NCBI GenBank assembly: GCA_038208955.1
Contig: JBBQYF010000002.1
Span: 1-43,894 of the forward strand
Reading direction: 5' to 3'
DNA length: 43,894 nt
DNA from: Elusimicrobiota bacterium
Lineage (GTDB): Bacteria; Elusimicrobiota; Elusimicrobia; 2-01-FULL-59-12
Shown: in pieces, positions 9,498 to 17,500 of the stretch
Position numbering within the stretch: position 1 is the stretch's first letter
How the letters are laid out: the number at the start of each line of letters is the position of its first letter
The notes under the pieces: generated by a model
What the model was told of the DNA's origin: nothing
Databases searched by the model: none
Seen by the model: only the letters and a program-made list of their open reading frames with translations
Made by a program: the position numbers and the translations under genes

Positions 9498-11540
9498 TTA
9501 CTTATTTTGCAATGCGTGCAAGACCTGTTTTTTGGTGAGAAATTCCGACATCGTGATCGGCGTTTGGTTGGGTTTATAAAGAACGTTGAAGGGAATTCCG
9601 GCGCGGTTGAATTTTTTTAAATACTCCCCGATGAGATCGTTGTGGTTGGTCCAATCGGCACGCATCATCACGACGTTGTGAGTGCGAAACGCTTGTTCCA
9701 CTTCGGCCGACTGCAGCACAAAGCGTTCGTTGAACTTGCAGGTGAAGCACCAGTCTGCCGTGACGTCGACGAAAACTGTTCTCCCCTCCGACAATCGCCG
9801 CGCAATCAGAGCTTCGTCGAAGGGGATCCACGCAACGCCCGCGCTTTCGATCACAGGCGATGGTCGACCCGCCGGTGAATGAAGCTGTGCGTAAAGAATC
9901 GTGAGCAGCCAAACCCCGGTCGCCGCCAGAAGGATGCCCATGACGGCTTTAACGCGCAGCATCCAAACCCCGGGTTTTGGCAGCCACCGGACCGATCCGG
10001 GGAAAACAGCCAAGGCTAGATAAGGAAATGCCATACCGACTCCCGCGGCGATAAAAATAAATACCACCGTTCCAGCTGTCTGCGTCAGCGCAAACCCCAT
10101 TGCCGTCCCGAGAAACGGCGCCGAACAGGGCGTCGCTAAAAGCGTCGCAAATATCCCCGAGACAAAATAGGACATGATCGTTTCGCCCCGGCCGAAGGTT
10201 GTGGCAAAATGCCCGAACACTCGCGGCATGCCGATTTCGAAGGCGCCCCAAAGGTTCAAGGCGAATCCAAAAACAATAGCCGCCATCAGCGCCACGAAGA
10301 GCGGTTGTTGAAATTGAATCCCCCAACCGATCGCATGACCTGTCGCACGCAAGGCGATGGCGGCCGCCGCCAATCCCAAGAATGAAACGAGGATGCCCGC
10401 GGCCGATGCCAGGGAACGGCGAATCACGACCGTGCGAGAATGGCCGCCTGCTTGCAGGACGCCCAGAAGCTTGATCGCCAAGACCGGCAATACGCAAGGC
10501 ATCACGTTTAGAATCAGCCCGCCGAGAAACCCCAATAACATCAACCAGCCCAACGACCGGGATCCGAGAGAGGACGACGGGGTCGATGGGGCGGCCATGG
10601 GATCCGGAACCGTGGGTGGGGTCCACGGGTCGGACGGAATTTTTTCCACCAATAACTTCCGGTGATCGTCCAGTGCCAGACGCTTGCCACGGTAATTTTC
10701 TTCGGTGAATGTATAGGCGAATTCCAGCACTGGCGGAAAAGGTCCGCCGGTTATCGTGCTAACCGGTACACGAATTCGTAAATCGCGCGTCGGGGTTTCA
10801 TCCTTCGCCGGGACGCCAAAGGTGAACCGTTCGTTGCGCTCAAAAAAAATGTCGGCCTGTCTTGGCACCAAGGGTTCGGGTCCGTGAACAACCCATTCAA
10901 TATAGGTACCGTGGGAATTTTGAATTAATCGCGGGTGGAGGACCAGTTCGGGGTGTACCTCCGGTGAAACAGCCACTTGATCGCGAAAACTGTTGATCGC
11001 CCGGGAAGCTTCCGCATCGACGATGTCCGTCGTCCCGCTCGGTACGTCTAAACGCAGCGTCACTTTATAGGGCACGCAGGAATCGGCACAAGTGAGATAA
11101 CTAATCTGGACCGCCAGTTGCACCGCTCCGCCGCGGCGCGTCACGCGAACGGGGTAGACAACATTTTCTTCGTACCCGTAGGCGGCGATCTCACCCGGCA
11201 AACTATAACGGTGCGGAGCGGGCCAAAACCAAATCGGGTTTTTGATCCCGCTGGAACCCTCCCAGGACGCTTTGGGTGGATACCCATAATCCCCGGCGTT
11301 TTTCCAATAGACATGCCAGCCCGCGATCGGCTGAAATTGCACGCCCAGCCACAGATCGGCCGGTGTAGCGACTTGGTCGAGCGAACTGAGCAACCGCAAC
11401 TTCCCATGTTTATTGGATTGCCAAGGACTCGCCGCTCCCGATACGGCCGACGAAAGAAGGACCATAAAAGCGAACGCGCCCAGTAATGGGGAACGGTTTA
11501 TTCGAACGGTTGTAGAAGCCGCGACCGGATGCATAGCCAC
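9498..11540 (-). CDS. dsbD: DsbD-family thiol:disulfide reductase (periplasmic N-domain, CcdA-like membrane core, C-terminal thioredoxin domain)
   Basis: 680-aa ORF. The N-domain has ISYLTCADSCVPY. The membrane core has Cys in LNVMPCVLPVLAIK and LATPCSAPFLG. The C-terminal thioredoxin fold has VDVTADWCFTCK. Confidence 0.8.
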   Translation of the reverse strand: MAMHPVAASTTVRINRSPLLGAFAFMVLLSSAVSGAASPWQSNKHGKLRLLSSLDQVATPADLWLGVQFQPIAGWHVYWKNAGDYGYPPKASWEGSSGIKNPIWFWPAPHRYSLPGEIAAYGYEENVVYPVRVTRRGGAVQLAVQISYLTCADSCVPYKVTLRLDVPSGTTDIVDAEASRAINSFRDQVAVSPEVHPELVLHPRLIQNSHGTYIEWVVHGPEPLVPRQADIFFERNERFTFGVPAKDETPTRDLRIRVPVSTITGGPFPPVLEFAYTFTEENYRGKRLALDDHRKLLVEKIPSDPWTPPTVPDPMAAPSTPSSSLGSRSLGWLMLLGFLGGLILNVMPCVLPVLAIKLLGVLQAGGHSRTVVIRRSLASAAGILVSFLGLAAAAIALRATGHAIGWGIQFQQPLFVALMAAIVFGFALNLWGAFEIGMPRVFGHFATTFGRGETIMSYFVSGIFATLLATPCSAPFLGTAMGFALTQTAGTVVFIFIAAGVGMAFPYLALAVFPGSVRWLPKPGVWMLRVKAVMGILLAATGVWLLTILYAQLHSPAGRPSPVIESAGVAWIPFDEALIARRLSEGRTVFVDVTADWCFTCKFNERFVLQSAEVEQAFRTHNVVMMRADWTNHNDLIGEYLKKFNRAGIPFNVLYKPNQTPITMSEFLTKKQVLHALQNK

Positions 11541-11645
11541 AATTGTACCGCATAGCGGATTCAGGTTTTGCCACCCGTGCGATTAACTATCAGGAGTTAG
11601 TCACCTAGTCCTAATTCCAATGGCTTAGATCACCCTCTGTTGCCG

Positions 11646-11662
11646 GTTAGACCAGGTCTAAC
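11646..11662. repeat. 17-bp palindrome gttagacc-a-ggtctaac; the 8-mer gttagacc recurs at 11681..11688 overlapping the IS left end
   Basis: Read directly from the sequence: 11646..11653 is the reverse complement of 11655..11662, and a third copy lies at 11681..11688. Confidence 0.6.
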
Positions 11663-11685
11663 AGATCAACCTAGCGCGCCGTTAG

Positions 11686-13325
11686 ACCTGGAGACTGTGT
11701 CATTACGCTCTATCCGTCGTTCCCCGCGGCCTGTGGCGGGGAGTGGATCAATAGGGATTCCTCAGAATAAATTGCCCGCAGGTCAGGTCGTGAACGCAGT
11801 CCGGTTCGAATCGAAGCCGCGAATCAGTTCTGTCACAGCGTCTGAAGTTTTGGCAAGAGTCCGCCAACCCCAACTAAAGTCATCATGCGGCTAATGTTGA
11901 AGCACGTGGCCAGTAGCGCCGTTTCCGCGCGAACGCCCGCGAGCCCTCGCAATAGAAAAGCCTGAACCCCAAGGTTGTGTTTGATGTGGCCGAACGGATG
12001 CTCCACTTTGCATGGCCGCTGCGCATAGAGAACCTGACCCGCCAGCGACTCGTAACGCGCTCGTACTACCGGACGAATTTCTTCTAAGGGCACGCGGGCG
12101 ATGGTTCGGCCCGTCAAACTTTTTGTGCAGGCCCTCTTGTGGGGACAGGCCCGGCAGATCTTGGCATTAGACACCGCATAAATTCGATGCTGCGTCCTTT
12201 TGTCCGTCGAGCGGTACCCAAGCGTTTGTCCGACGGGACACGTATAACAATCCCGGAGGGCGTCATAGCGAAATTGATCTTTTGTGAACGGACCCGGCAC
12301 CCCGTAATCGTTGGGTTTGACCACAACCGCAATTCCTTGATCTTCCAATTCTTTCCAGGCGTGGTTGTGGTCATAGCCCGCATCCGCGCAGATCGTCTCG
12401 CACGGTTTCCCGAGTGTGCTGTTGGCTTGTATGGTTTGGTTCGCCAGTTGATGTCGGTCGTTCCCGTCGTCCACCGCATCGCTTTGAACAATCAGACTGT
12501 TCTTGTCATCGACCACCCGTTGCACGTTGTACGCCGCATGCGTCCCTTGGCGTCCCTGCATATGTCGACAGTCTGGATCGGTTGTGTTCAAGACGGGCTT
12601 ATTACTTTTCTTGAGTGCCTCCGCGATCGCTTGCACTTTTGCCTTCAGAGCTTCGGCGTCTTGAAGTTCCGGATGATTCACAAGCGATGTGTCCTCGGAT
12701 TCCGACGCATCCACGTTTTCACATTCCTTTAAAATCCGCTCAATGTGTTCATCGGTCCTCTTGAGCACCCGGTCGCACCGTTCCTGAGACCCGCTTTCCC
12801 GCATGCCCGCGTTGGCTCGAATCTTCGTTCCGTCAACGAATAGCTTGTTGCCCTCGATAAGTCCCAACTGCAGACACAACCGCACGCACTGCTTTAAGAT
12901 TCCTTTCAGGGCGTCGCGGTGATCACGGCGAAATCGTGCGATCGTTTTGTGATCAGGTTTGAGTCCTCCGACCAACCACATAAAACTGACGTTGTGATAC
13001 AGCGCGCGTTCGAGTTTGCGCGAACTACGAATGCCGTAGGCGTAGCCGTACACGAGCAACTTCACCATCGCCTGCGGATCAAATTCCGGCGGCCCGATTT
13101 GATCGTCATCCAACACAATACCGAGTTCTTTAAAATCTAATTGATTCACAAACGCGTCGTAGACCCGCACCGGATCCCTAGGCCCGACATACTCTTCCAT
13201 GCTGGCGGGAAATAACTGCGTTTGCTGGCGTTCGCCTCGGACGTAAGCCATTCTCGCTCCCTTCACAACACATTAACGGTCGCTTAATTTTATAAAACGG
13301 ATGCGTTATGACACAGTCTCCAGGT
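11686..13325 (-). mobile_element. IS1182-family insertion sequence (~1640 bp)
   Basis: Perfect 18-bp terminal inverted repeats: acctggagactgtgtcat (11686..11703) and atgacacagtctccaggt (13308..13325). They flank a single 477-aa transposase ORF. No clean target-site duplication was identified. Confidence 0.8.
11833..13266 (-). CDS. IS1182-family DDE transposase
   Basis: The N-terminus MAYVRGERQQTQLFPASMEEYVGPRDPVRVYDAFVNQLDF matches the IS1182/IS5-like N-terminal domain as I recall it (Y.....Q..LFP..L...I....PVR.ID.FV..LD). The C-terminal part has the DDE region with HPFGHIK. A more likely start is Met6 (13251). Confidence 0.85.
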   Translation of the reverse strand: MKGARMAYVRGERQQTQLFPASMEEYVGPRDPVRVYDAFVNQLDFKELGIVLDDDQIGPPEFDPQAMVKLLVYGYAYGIRSSRKLERALYHNVSFMWLVGGLKPDHKTIARFRRDHRDALKGILKQCVRLCLQLGLIEGNKLFVDGTKIRANAGMRESGSQERCDRVLKRTDEHIERILKECENVDASESEDTSLVNHPELQDAEALKAKVQAIAEALKKSNKPVLNTTDPDCRHMQGRQGTHAAYNVQRVVDDKNSLIVQSDAVDDGNDRHQLANQTIQANSTLGKPCETICADAGYDHNHAWKELEDQGIAVVVKPNDYGVPGPFTKDQFRYDALRDCYTCPVGQTLGYRSTDKRTQHRIYAVSNAKICRACPHKRACTKSLTGRTIARVPLEEIRPVVRARYESLAGQVLYAQRPCKVEHPFGHIKHNLGVQAFLLRGLAGVRAETALLATCFNISRMMTLVGVGGLLPKLQTL

Positions 13326-13434
13326 ACAGATCTCAGATCTACAGGTCCTTTCAACCTAGGCACGGCCTGCAGGAATTAACTTAAAGTCAACCTAGCTGTA
13401 ACCGAATTGACATCTCGGGTCAGTAGACTTTCTC

Positions 13435-14499
13435 ATGGGTGAGAAAGGTCGCGACGTACTATTCAGGCTCGCGGTAGGAGTATTCGCACTTGTCACGAAC
13501 GCTCGAGCGGCGGGCACCACCGGTGCCTCATTCCTGGATATTCCAACTGGCGCCGGCCCGGCGTCCATGGGATCGGCCTATACCGCGCTAGCGACCGATG
13601 CCTACGCGCCGGTGTGGAATCCCGCGGGCTTAGGCTTTCTTGAAACACCTCAAATCGCGGGTCAACATCTTTCTTACCTTGAATCGATACACGACGAATT
13701 CCTTGCCGGAGTCTATCCGCTGAGGCCTGGCAAATCTATCGGTTTCTCCGCCCAATACCTCGGATCGGGCGATATTACCGGGACCGATACTTCCGGTGCC
13801 AACACGGGGACGTATTCCGATATGTTTGCGGCTTACGCGCTTGCTTACGGCCAAGCCATCAACGAAAAATTGGCTTTTGGGTTGACGGGGAAACTTATCC
13901 ATGGAAGGCTTGATGATGTTACCGCGAATGCCTATGCGGCAGATTTTGGCACTCTCTATAAATTGAGTGACCGTATCAATCTAGGAGCCAGCTTGGCCAA
14001 TGTCGGAAGTCATTTAACATTTTTAAACAGCGGCGACAGTCTTCCCCTGACCTTTCGATTGGGGGGGTCTTATCAACCCACTCCACATTGGACCCTAACG
14101 AGCGATTTTGTAGCGCCCAAGAGCGAGCCTTTGGGGTTGCACTTCGGCGGCGAATGGAAACCCATTGCGCTGGTTGGAATTCGCGCTGGTTACCGCACCG
14201 ATACGACCAAAGGTTTGTCGGCCCTCGCCGGGTTTAGCACGGGGATTGGGTTGGACGTTTGGGGGCAAGAATTTGCCTACGCCTGGGTTCCTTACGGCGA
14301 TTTGGGAAATACCAATTATTTTTCGCTTGTGCTGCGGTTCGGAGCGCCGGGTGAACCGCATAAGAATTTGACAGAAGGCCGGGAGAATCGGAGCGAGCGA
14401 AGCGTTCGATCCTCGGAAAACCCCTATTCTGAAGAAGAAGATTCAGACGGTAAATTAATGGATTTGATGTTGCGGGACAAATCATCCCAACCCAAGTAG
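13435..14499 (+). CDS. PorV/PorQ-like outer-membrane beta-barrel protein with a 52-aa hydrophilic C-terminal tail
   Basis: Signal peptide (VGVFALVTNARA), then GTTGASFLDIPTGAGPASMGSAYTALATDAYAPVWNPAGLG. This resembles the PorV/PorQ (also UPF0164) N-terminal signature I recall (FL.i...AR..aMGgA..A..D....i..NPAgL). Alternating barrel strands end in NYFSLVLRF. An acidic/Ser-rich tail occupies 14341..14496. Confidence 0.6.
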   Translation: MGEKGRDVLFRLAVGVFALVTNARAAGTTGASFLDIPTGAGPASMGSAYTALATDAYAPVWNPAGLGFLETPQIAGQHLSYLESIHDEFLAGVYPLRPGKSIGFSAQYLGSGDITGTDTSGANTGTYSDMFAAYALAYGQAINEKLAFGLTGKLIHGRLDDVTANAYAADFGTLYKLSDRINLGASLANVGSHLTFLNSGDSLPLTFRLGGSYQPTPHWTLTSDFVAPKSEPLGLHFGGEWKPIALVGIRAGYRTDTTKGLSALAGFSTGIGLDVWGQEFAYAWVPYGDLGNTNYFSLVLRFGAPGEPHKNLTEGRENRSERSVRSSENPYSEEEDSDGKLMDLMLRDKSSQPK

Positions 14500-14514
14500 C
14501 TTCTTATTAAATCT

Positions 14515-17500
14515 ATGACCTATTCATTGCCCAATAAATCGAGGCTATTAAAATCACACTCCGCGATTGTGATTGCGATGCTTTTCACGGCTGGCATGGT
14601 AAGTCCCATATTGGCGATTACGTTTGCAGGACCCACCATCGTTTCCGGCGTCGATTCCGGTGGAGCGGTGCACAACGCGCCGAGCGATTGGACGAGTGCG
14701 ATGGGCACCTGGAATGCGAAGGCCGCGCATTACAATCCCGCCACACACAAACTGGTTTTCGAGACATACCGGGTAGACATTCAAGGAGGATCCCTTAGCG
14801 CGGGCACCATCCAGGCTTCGGTCGAATCCAGCACTGGCGGATTGACAAAGGTGGGCAACTATTATGTCGCCGGTCCAGGCAGCCGCACGTCGGCATCGAC
14901 GGGTACGGATGTTTTGTATACGTCCAACAGGGACGGGTCTAACCCCTTTTGCATCGGCTGCACTGACGTACAAGATGGAGTCAACGGCGTAACCATTTAT
15001 AAAAGCGCGCCGAGTACCTCAGCAAGCCCGGTGACGCCGCTGCGTCGACCCGGCGCAATCGTTTATGCCAATCAGAATAAGGATCTGGCGGCCTGGTACC
15101 CGAATGGCCAATGGATGGTGGCCTCGGTAGAAATGCCCACCCACGCCATTTCCCACTCCATCGGGAACGGCGAGATTGGAATGTTTAACGATCTCTGGGC
15201 CATATCCGCCGACGGTAAAACCTGGGTCCAGCTCACGGATTTTGCTTCTACTTGGGAGTTCAAGGATCCAACGGCGTCTATGCCCTTTGCATGCTACGAC
15301 TCAGCCAATTGCACGACCCGTTGTCAGTATTCTCACGCGGGAAACACGGCGCCTTATGAATCGTACTCCTGCAGCAGTGTTGGAAATGCGCCGCCTTCCT
15401 CTGGCGTAATGCGGGTGACCCTTGGGAACAATTTGGATGGTCCCAATGGCGGAGCGCCGATGGTGTGGGGCGAGCGAGTAGGAATTGATTTCCGGTACAC
15501 CTGGGCGGGAAGCTTGCAGTTGGCGACGGCAGAACTCGTCATGACGGGGGGCCTTCCGACCATTATCGGATACAAACGAAACATGACGCCCATGCCGAGT
15601 TCGCCGGACGGCCTCAATGTGTGGGTGAATAGAAGCCCCACGAAAGTGATTGCCGCCGGTTATGAACCTTTCTCGTTTTCGCAGGATGACAAAATCATCG
15701 GTTTTGGCTCCGATGCCTTCACCTCCACATCCGATCCCAACGTCACACAGCCCATTTCACGTGTCAGCGAGGCTTTTACCGACGCCATTGCTTGGCGGTG
15801 GAGCGATGCGGTGCCTACGTTGAACGATATTTCAAAGTATGACACCGCCTTCGCCTACCAGCCCAATGCCGCTACTGCGCCGGCTAACGCGTACGGACAC
15901 TGGGAGGATGCCATCGTTTTTGGTTTAGGACCGGATGATTCCAGTTTGGTGGATTTTACTTCCAGCGCCAATTTAAATCCAGCTTGGAACCCCTCGACCT
16001 CTAGCAATTTCGGCCTTGATGCGTGGGTCATTCCTTTAGATAGGTCACAGCCGGCGAGTAGAGTAAGCACTTTCAATGTGCCCGGAACGAGAATCTATAG
16101 CTACCCGACTGCTTCGGACCCAGCGGACAATGGATTTTTCTTAACCGTCCTCCCGGCGGGCAGCAATTTGCCGGGAAATCTATACAAAATTACAGAAGTC
16201 GTCGCCAGCGGGACGCAAGTACTTACCACGATCACGGTAGCTCCGGTTAGCCCAACCATGTCAATAAATGCAACTCAAAAATTCACGGCATCCGGATTCG
16301 ACCAATCCGGAAATCCAATGAACCCACAGCCGAATTTTACATGGACCGTTTCCGGCGGCGGCGCCATCGATAGTTCCGGGCTGTTTACGCCGTCCGCGAC
16401 GGGCGGACCATTAACGGTGACGGCCGCTGCGTCGAGTGTATCCGGCACAGCGCAAGTCACGGTAGGCGACCCTAATGTTATCCCTCCAGATACTTCCGTG
16501 ACCAAGTGGGCGGAAATAAACAACGAACTGACGACGGACCTTAATAATTATGCTTCGACCATTGCATCCAATTGGAACGGCCAAAAGTACGCTGGCGCTC
16601 ATTTTTCCGCGGACATCTATCCTGCCGACAATGCCGCCAATAACAGAGTGGGCACGGATCCCGCTTACCTGACTAATACGGTCTTTCCCTGGATAGACGC
16701 AATGGCGGGCCTTGGAATAAAGGCAATGAAAGTGACCGTGAGCTTTCCGGTGCTTTACCCCGATTACTACACCTACTTAAACGGAGGGGATGCTACAAAA
16801 GGGGCCGCGCAGTATAACGCGACGGTGGCGGCTTATCAACAGATTGCGCAGCATGTGCGGAGTAAGGCTTTAAAGCTGATAGTCGTCAGTTTATGTGTGG
16901 CTCCTTGGGAAAATCCAAGAATCGTTAACTACTATCCAACGCTTGGTGCGAGTGGGGATTTAACTAAATATAAGGCGGGCCGCAGTCAAGTGCTCATCAC
17001 ATTAGCCAAGACGATGAATCCCGACTACTTGATCATGCAGCCCGAACCTCAAACAGAATCCGACAATATTAAAGTTTTGGACCCCGCCCTGTCACTCAAT
17101 AACCCGAGCACCGATGCCGCCATGCTGCAGGGATTTATAACGGATCTCGGTGTGGCGAATATCCCGGGTTTACATACCACGATGCTGTTAGGAACGGGGA
17201 TGGGAACGTGGCAGCTCAATTTTGAAGATGGCGCGCCGGCAACCCCCGGATTTAAAAACGCTATTGTCGGGTTAACGAACCTGGATTTGGTTGATATACA
17301 CGTTTATCCCGTTTACACGATTGGCGGAAGCAATTTTCTAGACCGCATCGCGGAGCTCGCCACGGCGGCCCATTCCCATGGAAAGAAAGCCGGCATGAGC
17401 GAAGCTTGGGCCTATAAAGAGCAGTCGGCAGAAGCGATAAAAGGGGCAACCACCACCGAGATATATTCTCGCGATATTTACAGTTTCTGGTCGACGCTCG

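Noticed and set aside
11795-11815. GGTTCGAA T-loop-like motifs (also at about 1596..1610) as possible tRNA genes.
   Set aside because: The flanking bases do not form a T-stem or any cloverleaf.
13326-13332. The 7-mer acagatc immediately outside the right IS end, also present at 11661..11667, as a target-site duplication.
   Set aside because: The left copy is 18 nt away from the left inverted repeat rather than abutting it, so it does not behave as a clean duplication. The right flank also contains a local tandem cagatct cagatct.
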